Source: an uncultured virus (IMG/VR IMGVR_UViG_3300036761_004198) (Duplodnaviria > Heunggongvirae > Uroviricota > Caudoviricetes). From it: 64,000 nt of DNA. The stretch is from the IMG/VR virus record IMGVR_UViG_3300036761_004198; one strand, given 5' to 3'. Position numbers and translations under genes: made by a program. Below, piece by piece: positions 21,684-32,794 of this stretch (positions within the stretch are counted from its first letter, which is position 1; the number at the start of each line of letters is the position of its first letter). The notes beneath the pieces were generated by a model, which did no database searches, was not told the DNA's origin, and saw nothing but the letters and a program-made list of their open reading frames with translations.

Positions 21684-22718
21684 ATGACGTATCTCCACCT
21701 CGTCCGCGACGCCGCGACGCGATCGACCGCTCCTCGCCAAGCTGCGGAGGATCCGGCCCTTCGCCCGACCTCGTTCGACGACTACGTCGGCCAGGCCGAG
21801 ACGATCGCGAACCTGCGCCAGTCGGTACGCGCCGCCAAGCGCGAGGGCTGGCAGCTCGACCACATGCTCTTCGCTGGTCCGGCAGGCTTGGGCAAAACGA
21901 GCCTTGCAGGCGTCATCGCCACCGAGCTGGGTGGCAAGCTCCGCGCGACCTCGGCGCCTGCGATCGAGCACAAGGGCGCGCTCGCGTCGCTGCTCACCAC
22001 GCTGGACGAGGGCGACGTCCTCTTCATCGACGAGATCCACGCGCTCGATCGCGAGATCGCCGAGTGCCTCTATCTGGCGATGGAAGATCGCGTGATCGAC
22101 CTGCCGGCCGGCAAGAAGGTCATCCGCGTACCGCTGCCGAAGTTCACGTTGCTTGGCGCCACGACCCACGCGGGCAAGCTCCCCAAGCCGTTGCTCGATC
22201 GCTTCGGCTTCGTATGGCAGCTCAAGCCCTACACGCTTCCCGAGATGACGACGATCGTTGTCCGATCGGCGGGCAAGCTCGGCGTCACGATCGACGCGGA
22301 CGGCGCAACGGCGATCGCTCGCGCCGCGCGCGGCACGCCTCGCATCGGAAACCGACTCCTGCGCCGCGTGCGCGACGTCGCGGCGAACGCCGCTGCCGAT
22401 GGAGCGCTCGTCCTGGGCAGCCTCGAAGACCTGACGTGCGGCAGCGGCACCATCAACGGTGCACTCGCGACCGCCGCGCTCGCGCAGCTCGGCATCGATC
22501 ACCTGGGCCTCGACGACCTCGATCGCCGCTACCTCGCCGTCGTCGTTGATCGCCCAGTCGGCATCGAGGCGATCTGCGCCGAGCTGGCCGAAGATCGCAG
22601 CACTGTCGAGGATGCGGTCGAGCCGTTCCTCATGCAGGCGGGCCTCATCAAGCGCGGCGCCAAGGGCCGGCTCGCCACGGAAGCCGGCCGCACGCATCTC
22701 GCGGAGGTGGCGTCGTGA
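21684..22718 (+). CDS. ruvB: Holliday junction branch migration ATPase RuvB
   Basis: LRP..FDDYVGQ, GPAGLGKTSLA, LFIDEIH, LYLAMED, FTLLGATT, PLLDRFG, RGTPRI.NRLL, C-terminal wHTH EPFL...G.I.R..KGR; start placed at ATG 21684 after the promoter. Confidence 0.93.
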   Translation: MTYLHLVRDAATRSTAPRQAAEDPALRPTSFDDYVGQAETIANLRQSVRAAKREGWQLDHMLFAGPAGLGKTSLAGVIATELGGKLRATSAPAIEHKGALASLLTTLDEGDVLFIDEIHALDREIAECLYLAMEDRVIDLPAGKKVIRVPLPKFTLLGATTHAGKLPKPLLDRFGFVWQLKPYTLPEMTTIVVRSAGKLGVTIDADGATAIARAARGTPRIGNRLLRRVRDVAANAAADGALVLGSLEDLTCGSGTINGALATAALAQLGIDHLGLDDLDRRYLAVVVDRPVGIEAICAELAEDRSTVEDAVEPFLMQAGLIKRGAKGRLATEAGRTHLAEVAS

Positions 22719-25700
22719 CTCCAGAACTCGCCGCACTCGTCGAGAAGCTCCGCCACGCGTGCTCGGTAGCGCTCGGCGACCTGCTTGCTCTCGGGATGCC
22801 CGCTGGCGCCTCCACGGGCAAGCTGCTCCTGGATGCCATCACCGCTGCCGAGAAGCAGCTCGCGGAGACGTCATCGTGAGCGATTACACCCAGACCATGC
22901 GTCGCTCCGACCACGACGCGTTTCGCGCGCTGGTCGAGAAGCAGCGCGATCTACACCGTCAACTGGAGGTCGTCTCCCAAGATCTCCTCACCCTCGGCGG
23001 CAAGATGCATGACCACGCGGCGGGTTTCCAGCACGTGCCGGAGACCTGCGTGACCTGCGCGACCTGCCCGCCGGAGGCGAATCCGTCATGACGCTCGACA
23101 AGACCAGCGACCTCGCCATGCCCGAGAGCCTCGACGACGCCGGGCAGCGCGCTTTCAAGATCATCACGGCGTACCTCCAGGCGCACGGCCGAGATAACAC
23201 CGGCGGCTGCAAGGCGTTCTACGCGCCGGCCGAGTGGGCCGCGCGCGAGGAGCAGTACGGCACCAGATCTCACCTGGTGATCGTGTACGACGGCGGCGCG
23301 ATGCGCCCGGTGTTCTCGATGGACGCCGCGTATGACCTCGACTGCGACGCCTACCAGCAAACCGGCAAGAAGCGCGAGCCGTACTCGCTGTACGAGGGCA
23401 TGCAGGCAAAGCTTCGCGAGGCAGGTCTCTACTTCGAGGAGTGCACCCGCTGGTACAGCGCGGTGTACAGCATCCACACCGAGGGCAATCCATGAGCGAT
23501 CGAGTCTCCAAGCTGATGAGCACGCGACGGTGGTGCTACTGGATCCCGGCGGACGGCTACGTCGAGGGCCACGGCTACCGCGTCTCGATCGTCTTCGAGT
23601 ACGAGAGCGGGCACTACCCGACCGGCGACAACGCCTGGATCGCGGGCGACGGAGGCAAGCGCAAGCCTTGGTTCTGGGGCCACGACTACACCGAGGCCAA
23701 GAAGGTCGCCGAAGACATGAACCAGCAGCGCCTCGGGCTCTCGTCGCGGGACGCCGCGTACATCGTCACGACCTCGATGTCGATCAAGGAGGATCATCCG
23801 CTGTGAAGATGTCTCCGTACGATCTCGACGCGGAAGAAGCGAGACGCCTCGCTCGACCGGCACCTCCGGCACCGCCGGCACCGATCGAGGTGCTCGTCCT
23901 GTCCGGCCACGGCATCCGCTTCGGCGTGATCGGCCACGCCGACGCGTCCGCGCGCTTCGAGGAGGAAGAGGTGTCCCGTGTCCCATGACCACTGCCCACC
24001 GTCGCGGCGGGGACACACGTGGAAGGAGCTGCCGCTCGCACCGCCGTCCGAGGGCGGCCCGACGATCCGCGACCTGCTGGAGCTGCGAAAGTGCGCGCGC
24101 TGCGGCACGCTCGGCCGCGTCAGCAAGCAGGGCGTGATCCACGTCGTGGAGGCGCCGTGAGCGAGCAGAAGCGCGTCGAGTTCCACGGGCGCTTCGCGGA
24201 GCACTACCCGGAGCGTCACGCCAACGCGCGGCGCGTCACCACGTACAACGACTTCGCAGACAGCGTCCGACGATGCTTGCGTGACGACGAGGACGACGCC
24301 AACGAGGACGACGCCAACGAGGACGACGAATGATGATCGAGGCAGCCACCATCACCACCAGCACCTGGCAGACCGACGCCGCGGCGATCCGCGCCAAGCT
24401 CGAACGCGATCGTCACCTTGAGGACTGCGACCTCGCAAGGGACGGCGGTCCTGACGCGACGCTCGCGTGCGCCGAGTGTGGGAGAGCGCTGTGGATGCAC
24501 GCCACTCGACATGACACGTGCGGTCAGTTCTGCTGGGTCACCGATCGATCGCTCACCGAGCGACAGATCGGCCTGCTCGGGACAATCATCGGCCTGCCCG
24601 AGATGATCCGCCTGGCGTGCTCGCGCGCGCTCAACGACTACGGCCTTGCGCCGTACTACGTCCGCGAGGCGCGGAAGACGTGCGCGGTCGCGATCAACAA
24701 TGCGAAGCACGCGGCGCGAAAGGCTCGAACCGCATGACGCTCAACGATCAACAGGTCCTCGACATCGTCAACGCCCTGCTCGACCACGAGGGCGTGCACC
24801 GCGGAACGCGCGTGCAGCACCTCCTTGCCCGCCGTGGCGTCACGGCGCTGCGCGCGCTCGGTCCCCTCATCGAGCGCTATCTGGCGATCGCGGAAACAGC
24901 GCAGGAGCCGCCTTCCACCGAAGAGACACCGTAGGTGGCGAAGCTCTGGCTCGACTGGTCCGATGGACGCTACTCGACGCGCCTACTCACCGACGAGGAG
25001 GCCGCGAAGCACGACACCATGGGTTTCGACGTCGTCCACCTGGAGGACAACGTCTACGAGGCATATCTTCGTCATTGCGACCGGGACGCCACCTGGCAGG
25101 TGCTCTGGAGATCGATCTCGAACGAGCAGGCCATGCGGCGTCGCGAGAAGGAGCTGATGCCGCTCGAAGACGCCGAGCGCGAGATCCGTCGGCTCAAGGA
25201 CGAGCTGGAGAGGGCCAAGCGCATGGAGAAGTTCTACGAGGACGCGTACGTCAAGAACCTCGGTGAGCGCCACCGCGAGGAGTACGTCGAGTACACCTGC
25301 GTGTACCCGCAACCAGGCTGCCAGATCGAGGCGCTACCAGAAGAGTGGCGCGAGGACGCGCAGGAGATCCTGGATCATTACCGTGCCGATCGCATGGAAG
25401 ACGGCCTGAAGTACCAGGGCTGCTGCTGCGGTCACCAGCACAAGCTGCTCGACGACGCGGAGGCGCAGAAGCTCCGTGAAGCAGGCTTCCTCGTCGAGAA
25501 TGACACGGAGACCGTGTGAGGCTCACGCCCAAGACCGTCGGCGACATCCTCGAGGCCACCCTCGGGTGGCGCGTCGAGATGAACCCGTACGGCTTCGAGC
25601 TGCGCAACGATCTCCTGGTCCCCGAGAGAGCGCGGCTCAGGCGCGGCTCAGGCATCGCCGGCCAGGGTGACGTCTGGGCGCTCGTTAGGCTGCCCGTCGG

Positions 25701-26162
25701 CAGTCCGATCGTCATGAAGATCGACACCAAGGCCAAGCTCGTGCGCGCCGTCCTGGCGTTCATGGCCGGCCAGCCGCCTGCACCGCTGTCGGACTGCACC
25801 GCGGCGCGCGCCAAGCGCGTGATCAACCCTCGCACGGGAGCATCGAGCTTCGTGTGGCACCGACGGCTCAAGAAGCAGCCCAAGCCCCGCGTGGCCCTCG
25901 TTCCATTCGGAGCTGCGCAGCGATGACCCCAACCGAGGAGGCGTAGATGTTCGGAATCGAAAAACGTGTCAAGCGCGTGCGCGACGCCCTGATCCAGGCG
26001 TTTCAGGCCAAGCAGATCGAGATCATGGCGAAGTACGAGAACCTGAAACCCGATCAGATTCCCAAGCACGACCTGACACGCGCGATGGTCATGTACGACC
26101 TGGCGCAGATCCTCATCACCCTGAGCGTCGATAAACATCCCGACGACGAGAAGGACGGTTAA
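22715..26162 (+). other. array of small hypothetical CDS (e.g. 23088-23495, 23492-23806, 24330-24737, 24935-25519, 25516-25926, 25947-26162)
   Basis: Coupled ORFs with RBSs. Confidence 0.65.
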
Positions 26163-26167
26163 CGGAC

Positions 26168-27646
26168 GTGATGTCGACCTCCGACGATCCTCGCGACGGA
26201 AAGACCACGCCGACATCGGTCGACGCTGCGAGTCCATTCGACTCGACGGTGCGCCGAGGTCACCTCACGGCAGTCGAGTCCGATCCGCCGACCGCGCTCG
26301 TGCCCCGCGCCAGCTTCCGCGAGCTGCCGCCCGGATCCGTCGTGGACGACACCTACGAGGTCGACGCGCGGCTCGGCGCGGGAGCGATGGGCGAGGTCTA
26401 CGCCGCGCGCCACATCAAGCTCGGCAAGCGCGTCGCGATCAAGGTGATCGGTCGCCGGCTCTCGGAGGACGACGCAGCGATCGAGCGCTTCGCGATGGAA
26501 GCTCGCACGCTCGCGCAGATCCAGCACCCGGCGATCGTGGCCGTCGAGCACGTCGGCGAGCTGTCCGATGGACGCGCCTACTTCGTGATGGAGTTCCTGC
26601 GCGGAGAGACCTTGTTCGACAGAATCTCGCGCGGGCGGGCGCCGATCGCCGAGGCGCTTCGCATCCTCGACCAAATGGCGAGAGGGCTCGACGCCGCGCA
26701 CGGCGAGGGTGTCATCCATCGCGACCTCAAGCCCGAGAACACGTTCCTGGTCCACCTGCCGGATGAGCCTCCGATCATCAAGCTCGTCGATTTTGGTCTC
26801 GCCAAACTTCGAGTCCCTGATCATCGTGCAGAACGCACGCAGAGCGGCGTCGCGCTCGGCACACCGATGTACATGTCGCCCGAGCAGGCGCGTGGGCCCG
26901 ACGTCGACCACCGGACCGATGTCTACGCGCTTGGCTGTGTCGCGTACGAGCTGCTGCTCGGCCAACCGCCGTTCCCGCACGCGCACACGGCCCCCGAGCT
27001 CTACGCCGCACATCTTCACGAGACACCTCCGCTACCGCGCACGATCTGGCCGGAGATCCCGCCGCAGCTCGACCTCGCACTGTTCGCAATGGTCGCCAAA
27101 GATCCAGCGCATCGACCCACGCTGGAGCAGATTCGTGCGGTCATCGCCACCGTCGGGGCAGCACTGCCAGAGCGTGCGGAAGATCGCGCTGCGACGATGT
27201 TCGTCGGCGAGCCGCAGGGCAGATCCAGGAAGAAGTGGACCACCGCGATCGCCGCGATCATGCTGGCCGGCGGGATCGCGATCGGGATGAGGCTGACGTC
27301 CGGGTCGAAGAGCGTGCCATCTCCGCCTGCGCCCCCAGCTCCGATCGAGCAGATCTCCGCGCCGTCCTCGCCGGCCGACGCGGTCATCGTGACACCCCCG
27401 GCCGACACACGCGACGAGCCCCCGCATCTCAAGACGCCCGCGCGAACGAAGACGCCCGTCGAGCGGCCCCCCGTGAAGCGCGTCGGCAATGGCAGCGCTC
27501 CAGTGGCGCTGACGCCGGACGTCCAGACCGACGCCGGAGTCGTCGAAGCGCCGGATCCTCCGCAGAAGCCGAAGCCGCCACCGCCACCGCCGGCCGTCGA
27601 TCGCAACCAGACCGTCAACCCGTTCAAGCACAAGGTGAACCCGTGA
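26168..27646 (+). CDS. eukaryotic-like (Hanks) Ser/Thr protein kinase with TM helix and Pro-rich C-terminus
   Basis: LGAGAMGEVY, VAIK, HRDLKPEN, DFGLAK, GTPMYMSPEQ, DVYALG; TM at TTAIAAIMLAGGIAIG. Confidence 0.95.
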   Translation: MMSTSDDPRDGKTTPTSVDAASPFDSTVRRGHLTAVESDPPTALVPRASFRELPPGSVVDDTYEVDARLGAGAMGEVYAARHIKLGKRVAIKVIGRRLSEDDAAIERFAMEARTLAQIQHPAIVAVEHVGELSDGRAYFVMEFLRGETLFDRISRGRAPIAEALRILDQMARGLDAAHGEGVIHRDLKPENTFLVHLPDEPPIIKLVDFGLAKLRVPDHRAERTQSGVALGTPMYMSPEQARGPDVDHRTDVYALGCVAYELLLGQPPFPHAHTAPELYAAHLHETPPLPRTIWPEIPPQLDLALFAMVAKDPAHRPTLEQIRAVIATVGAALPERAEDRAATMFVGEPQGRSRKKWTTAIAAIMLAGGIAIGMRLTSGSKSVPSPPAPPAPIEQISAPSSPADAVIVTPPADTRDEPPHLKTPARTKTPVERPPVKRVGNGSAPVALTPDVQTDAGVVEAPDPPQKPKPPPPPPAVDRNQTVNPFKHKVNP

Positions 27647-27782
27647 GCTACGAAACCCTCGATCGCATCATATCCGACGGCATTGCCGAGGTCCGCGCGG
27701 CGTACGACGACCCCAAGGACCACCACAAGCGCGACGGAGCGATCGACGGCTTCGGAGTTCGCGGGGGAGAGGAGGCGCGATC

Positions 27783-27992
27783 GTGAAGCTGGTGATCTAT
27801 CAGCACGGCGGCGCGCCGATCGAGATCGAGGCCGACCGCGTCCGCGTCATGTGCGGCCAAGATCACTTCGAGATGCGCGAGCAAGGCGGACTGCTCGTCA
27901 GACTTGAGGAGCATGACGGTGGACTCGCGATGGACCTCGCGATGTTCCCGAACGGCGGGAACGCAGTTCGGTTGAAGGGCGGCTTGCGATGA
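27783..27992 (+). CDS. hypothetical protein
   Basis: GAGGAGG RBS; overlaps next start. Confidence 0.55.
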   Translation: MKLVIYQHGGAPIEIEADRVRVMCGQDHFEMREQGGLLVRLEEHDGGLAMDLAMFPNGGNAVRLKGGLR

Positions 27993-28723
27993 GAGCCGCG
28001 ACGATCCTGATCGTGCTCGCGACGCTGGCCACGCTCCGGGGCGCCGCGCGTGCCGACGATCCGTCACCGGCCGAGATCCTCTACGAAGAGGGACAGTCCG
28101 CGTACAAGCGCGCGGACTACGCCGCCGCGGTAGCGAAGTGGCAGGCATCCTACGATCTGTCTGGCGAGAGCGGCCTGCTCTTCAACCTCGCCCAGGCGTA
28201 CCGCCTCTCCGGCGACTGCGGTCGCGGCCTTGCGACGTACAAGCGCTTCATCGCCGCCGATCCGACGGCGGACCAGCGCCCGCTCGCCGAGGACTTCACG
28301 CGCGAGCTGGAGCGCACGTGCACCAAGCAAACAGCGGTCGTCCCACCAGCGCCGAAGCCAGCGCCTTCATATTCAGTCGATCGCGACACACGCCCGGGGC
28401 GAACGCTGCGGATCGCCGGCCTGGCGACCGGCGGCACAGGTGTCGCCGTGCTCGCGACTGGCCTACTCTTTGGTCACCATGCGCAGGCGATCGGCGGCGA
28501 GGTCACCGACGCGTGCGTGACGAGCTGTGACTGGACCGTCCAGAAGAGCAAGGACGCCGCGGGTCGACGGGACGCCACGATCGGCTACGCGCTCGACGTC
28601 GTCGGCGTTGCCGCGATCGCGGGCGGCGCCGTCATGTACTACCTCGGAAGCAAGAGCACCGTTACCGTCACGCCCACGCCGCGCGAGAGCGGGGCGGTCG
28701 TCTCGTGGAGGGGCTCATGGTGA
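27989..28723 (+). CDS. secreted/membrane TPR protein
   Basis: Signal peptide ending ARA; TPR-like LYEEG..AY...DY..A...W..SY...LLFNLAQAYR; two C-terminal hydrophobic segments. Confidence 0.8.
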   Translation: MRAATILIVLATLATLRGAARADDPSPAEILYEEGQSAYKRADYAAAVAKWQASYDLSGESGLLFNLAQAYRLSGDCGRGLATYKRFIAADPTADQRPLAEDFTRELERTCTKQTAVVPPAPKPAPSYSVDRDTRPGRTLRIAGLATGGTGVAVLATGLLFGHHAQAIGGEVTDACVTSCDWTVQKSKDAAGRRDATIGYALDVVGVAAIAGGAVMYYLGSKSTVTVTPTPRESGAVVSWRGSW

Positions 28724-29670
28724 AGAAGCTGATTGTCGCGATCTCGATCATCCTCTCCGCGTGCGCGTACGACGCGAGCTACGGAGACTGCGCGGTTCAC
28801 TGCACGAATGACTCGGGATGCCCCGACGGCCTGACGTGCGCGCCGGAGGGCCTGTGCCGCGCCGCGGAGGCCGAGGTGTGCGTGCTGCCGAGCGACGGCA
28901 CGGGCGGCACGATCACGCACGTCGGGGGACGCACCATCCACACGTTCTCGGCGAGCCAGTCTGGCTCGACGTTCACCCCGCCTGCCGTGACCGACGTCGA
29001 GCTGCTGGTGGTCGCCGGAGGTGGGGGCGGCGGCTCGACGCGGGGCGGCGGAGGTGGTGGCGCGGGGGGCCTGGTGCACGTGACGACCTACACGATCACG
29101 CAGCCGTCCTACGTCGTGATGGTCGGCTACGGCGGCGCACCATCAACGAACGGCGGAAATTCATCGTTCGCGACGATCACGACGCTTGGCGGAGGCACCG
29201 GCCGCGCCAGCTCGACACCGAATGGAGGAAGTGGGGGTGGCGCGAGCCACGACACGAACGACGGTCCTGCCGGAACAGGCACAACCGGACAAGGCCACCG
29301 CGGGGGTCTCGTAGGATACAACTCCGGCAGCATGGCCTTCACCGGAGCTGGCGGTGGCGGCGCTGGAGGAGACGGTGCGGATGGTACGGCGAGTGCGGGC
29401 GGCACCGGGGGACCTGGCCTCACCTACTCGATCTCCGGCGAACTAGAATACTACGCCGGTGGTGGTGGTGGAGGTGACCAAGACCTCGGAGCGCACGGCC
29501 TTACGGCTGGCACCGGAGGCTCTGGCGGTGGAGGCCGTGGAGGACTCAACGCCATCGGAAACGATGGTCTCGATGGGATCGGTGGCGGTGGTGGCGGCGG
29601 TGGCGCCTTCCTCAACGGCGGCCGTGGCGGCACGGGCATCGTGATCGTCAGCTACCAGACGTCGTGGTGA
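28717..29670 (+). CDS. lipoprotein with Cys-rich module and glycine-rich domain
   Basis: Lipobox LSAC; C..C..D..CP.GL.C...GLC; LVVAGGGGGG...GG.GIVIVSY glycine-rich domain. Confidence 0.8.
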   Translation: MVKKLIVAISIILSACAYDASYGDCAVHCTNDSGCPDGLTCAPEGLCRAAEAEVCVLPSDGTGGTITHVGGRTIHTFSASQSGSTFTPPAVTDVELLVVAGGGGGGSTRGGGGGGAGGLVHVTTYTITQPSYVVMVGYGGAPSTNGGNSSFATITTLGGGTGRASSTPNGGSGGGASHDTNDGPAGTGTTGQGHRGGLVGYNSGSMAFTGAGGGGAGGDGADGTASAGGTGGPGLTYSISGELEYYAGGGGGGDQDLGAHGLTAGTGGSGGGGRGGLNAIGNDGLDGIGGGGGGGGAFLNGGRGGTGIVIVSYQTSW

Positions 29671-29674
29671 AGAA

Positions 29675-29992
29675 ATGAAGCTCCTCGTCGTCACACGCTG
29701 CTCGGCCTGCCCCTTCTTTGAGGACAGCCCGCTCAAGAAGTTCGGCGGCATCCTCGTCGCGGTGCTCATGCCCGACTCACAGCACGGCCTCTGCAACATC
29801 TTGCCGTCGGGCGAGTTCCTGTCTAGCGCCGACCTCCAGATCGGGCTGCCACCGGGACCCGCGCGAGAGGCCGAGGAGCCACGCTTCGCCAAGGCCCGAT
29901 CGCGCCGCGTCATCGAGGACAAGCGGACGATCCCGGACGACTGTCCACTCCGGCAGACCGACGTAACGATCACGATCACGGACGGAAACTGA
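29675..29992 (+). CDS. small Cys-containing hypothetical protein
   Basis: CSACPF...C...IPDDCPL. Confidence 0.7.
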   Translation: MKLLVVTRCSACPFFEDSPLKKFGGILVAVLMPDSQHGLCNILPSGEFLSSADLQIGLPPGPAREAEEPRFAKARSRRVIEDKRTIPDDCPLRQTDVTITITDGN

Positions 29993-30169
29993 GGTGCCAG
30001 CAACGCTCACTGCGCACGACAGCTCCAGCTCGACGGCGAGCAGCTCGAGCACCTCGATCTCTTCTGGCGTGGCGATGGTCATGACAAAACGAAGAACGGC
30101 GCTCGATCCCGCGGACGAGCGCCGACTCGAAGCCCTCCTTCTACCACGAACCTCCGAGAGCTACAGCCC

Positions 30170-30502
30170 GTGACCGCCAAGCGTCCCCAGCTCTCCGAGC
30201 GACAGCGCGACGTCCTTGCGGCCCTCGTTATCTACTACGACGGCTGGGCCCGCCCGATGGACGTCGGGGCCATCGACGGCAGCCACCACTGCATGACGCT
30301 GCGCGCGCTCGTGAAGAAGGGTTTGGCCGAGCGCAAGCTCCGCGGCTCGCTACTGAACCAGATCCGAGGCACCGCGCTCTACGATCGACTCGCCAGCGAT
30401 CGCGCCCGTGGACGCAAGCACGGTCGCGACGTCCCGCGTGGGTCGTACGAGTATCGGATCACCGGCGCGGGGAAGGCCACGATCGACCGAGGAAGCCAAT
30501 GA
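30170..30502 (+). CDS. winged-helix DNA-binding-like protein
   Basis: LSERQRDVL...TLRALVKKGLAER...YRITGAG. Confidence 0.55.
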   Translation: MTAKRPQLSERQRDVLAALVIYYDGWARPMDVGAIDGSHHCMTLRALVKKGLAERKLRGSLLNQIRGTALYDRLASDRARGRKHGRDVPRGSYEYRITGAGKATIDRGSQ

Positions 30503-31971
30503 CGCGCGCTCGCGCACTCCAGCCCGCTGATCTACGCGACGGCCTCTACGTGAAGCCGTTCGCGCTGCTCGAGGTCGAGCAGCTCTGGTGCGGCCACCGC
30601 GAGGTCTGGACCACATCGCACGGGCGCGCGACGCGCTACCACGTGATGGTCAACGGCGGCATGGCCGCGTGCAGGGCCAAGCAGCAGCGACGCTGGCAAC
30701 CGTACAGCCTCATCGTGCTGGGGGCGCTGATCCCAATCACCAAGGTCCCCGGGCACATGTGTTGCCTGCGCAACGGCTGCCGGCAGATCTACGAGGCGTT
30801 CCTTGTCTGATCCACGATCAGAAAATAGCCAAGACGCGGCGGTATCCGTAACATCGGGCGTAGGGTTGTCCTAGCCGACGGTCATGAGCAGCAAGAAGTC
30901 AGCCATGGTACTGGGCTACACGCGCACGGGCATCGAGGTGTTCCTGCCGACGCGGCGCTCCCCTGACAAGCGTCGGTTCGTCGGCTGGACGCGTGGAGAC
31001 CACGTGGACGCTTCGCGCATCTTCGCGGAGCACGGGGATCGCGAGGGCGATCCCGAGGTCAAAGAGTGGTGCAAACGGTGGGCGAAGACCCACCGCCTGG
31101 TCGGGCGGTCATCGAGGGTAGGGCTCATCCGGGCCGCGGCCGAGACCTCGATCCGTTTCTCGCGACGACGGTAAGCTCTCTGATAAGCTGGGAGCATGGC
31201 ACGGCGATCCGCAGAGCTCGACCGCGAGATCCGGGAAGCTCTCTCGCAGATCCCGAAGAAGTCCGGGATCAAGACCCGCGAGCAGCTCGACGACGAGATT
31301 GACGCGATCTTGGCCGGCGGGCTGGCTGCCGAGCGCTACGAGGTCGCGCAGGCGCTCGGGTTCCGCTACCCGAAGAGGTCGCCGCCGAAGAAGATGACGC
31401 TCACGGGCACCAACATCTTCGCGCTCGCCGACCTGGTCCGCGAGCACGGTGGCCGATCGACGTTCTCCAACCGCATGCACAGCAATACGCTCCAGCACAT
31501 CAAGCGCACCCTCGCCGCGGGACTGGTGGAGGTCAGCTCGCCGACGACCCTGACGCTCACGCCAGAAGGTCACGAGGTCGTGCTCCGCGAGCTGCGCGGC
31601 TCGTATCGGGGGAAGAGCGACGTCCTCGCTCGCGATCCGAGCCGCTTCAGCACGAGCGACCTCACGCGGCTCGAGCAGCTGCGATCGGCGATCGAGAGCC
31701 TGGAGGCAGGGGGATGACGGCACTGGCCATCGTGATCACGAGCAACGTCGTCTACCTCGTGGGCATCGGGGTGACGTTCCAGCTGGCCAAGGCCCTGGAG
31801 GGCACCGACGTGTACGGACGTGACAGCAACGCCTACCGCTGGCTCGCGTCCTGCGTCTGGCCGATCACGGCATCCGTCGCCGCCGGCATCGCGTTCGCTC
31901 GGTGGTTTCAAAATCGGAGATCGAAGCCGCCGATCGCGATCGCGCGCGACCGCAAGACCCAGTCACGGTGA
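30499..31971 (+). other. hypothetical CDS 30499-30810, 30884-31174, 31196-31717 (wHTH-like), 31714-31971 (two TM helices)
   Basis: ORF tiling and hydrophobicity. Confidence 0.6.
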
Positions 31972-31972
31972 G

Positions 31973-32794
31973 TCAATCCGAGCTGCCCCCGCCTCCGCTC
32001 CCCAGGATCGTCGCGACGTCGCTCGGTACCGCGCCCTCGATGCCCGTCTCTTCGAGATCCGCGCTCGGGCCCACGTGGTGACGCCCCCCGATCGCCGCGG
32101 CGTCCTCGGGTCCCAGCCCCATCGCGATCGCGGCCGGACGCGCTCGCCGAAGCAGGGCCTTCAGCTCGACCTGGCGAATGCGCTCGCGCGTCAGATTAGT
32201 CACTACCGCGATGTCCTCCAGGGTCATCGCCCCGCGCTCGGCCAGATCGAGCGCGCAGCTCCGCTCGGCCGGCATCTGCCCCGGTTCGAGGTGCGGGAAG
32301 TTGAGGATGATGGATCCCGTTTCGGAGACGTCGAGGTAGAGGTTCTTGGAGCACGCGACGTACGGGCACGGCCGCGGTACTTGGGCGCAGTCGCCCCGTG
32401 TCTTGGGACGCCAGTAGGGCTCGTCGGCGCCGATCGCTTGCAGCTCAGCCCGGCCCGCAGCTAGCTCGAGCTGCGTGATCCTGCGGACCGCCACCGTCTT
32501 CTTGGGCGGAATCCCGCGCCGACGTGCCGACGCCCGGCTCCAGCGCGTGTCGTCGTCCCGCCTGCCGTTTTTACCGGCGCCCTCATCGACGGCCTTGCCG
32601 TCGTCGGCGTGATCTGCCTCCTCGTCGGCGTCGTGGTCCTTGTCGCCAACGTCGTCGCCGCCGGCCTCGTCCTCGGCTGACAGATCGTCCACGGGTGCCT
32701 CGCAGAGGTCGTGCCGATCGAGCTGGAACACCCGCCGGCCGACCCATCCGTGCAACGGACAGACCTCCCGCTTGTCGGTCTCCGACAAGCTCAT
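31973..32794 (-). CDS. sigma-70 region-4-like HTH regulator with Cys cluster
   Basis: RPKTRGDC...[14 protein letters not shown]...[18 protein letters not shown]...[10 protein letters not shown]; start uncertain. Confidence 0.75.
   Translation of the reverse strand: MSLSETDKREVCPLHGWVGRRVFQLDRHDLCEAPVDDLSAEDEAGGDDVGDKDHDADEEADHADDGKAVDEGAGKNGRRDDDTRWSRASARRRGIPPKKTVAVRRITQLELAAGRAELQAIGADEPYWRPKTRGDCAQVPRPCPYVACSKNLYLDVSETGSIILNFPHLEPGQMPAERSCALDLAERGAMTLEDIAVVTNLTRERIRQVELKALLRRARPAAIAMGLGPEDAAAIGGRHHVGPSADLEETGIEGAVPSDVATILGSGGGGSSD

Noticed and set aside
24285..24330. 15-bp tandem repeat as a CRISPR-like array
   Set aside because: No spacers; it encodes an acidic EDDAN tail.
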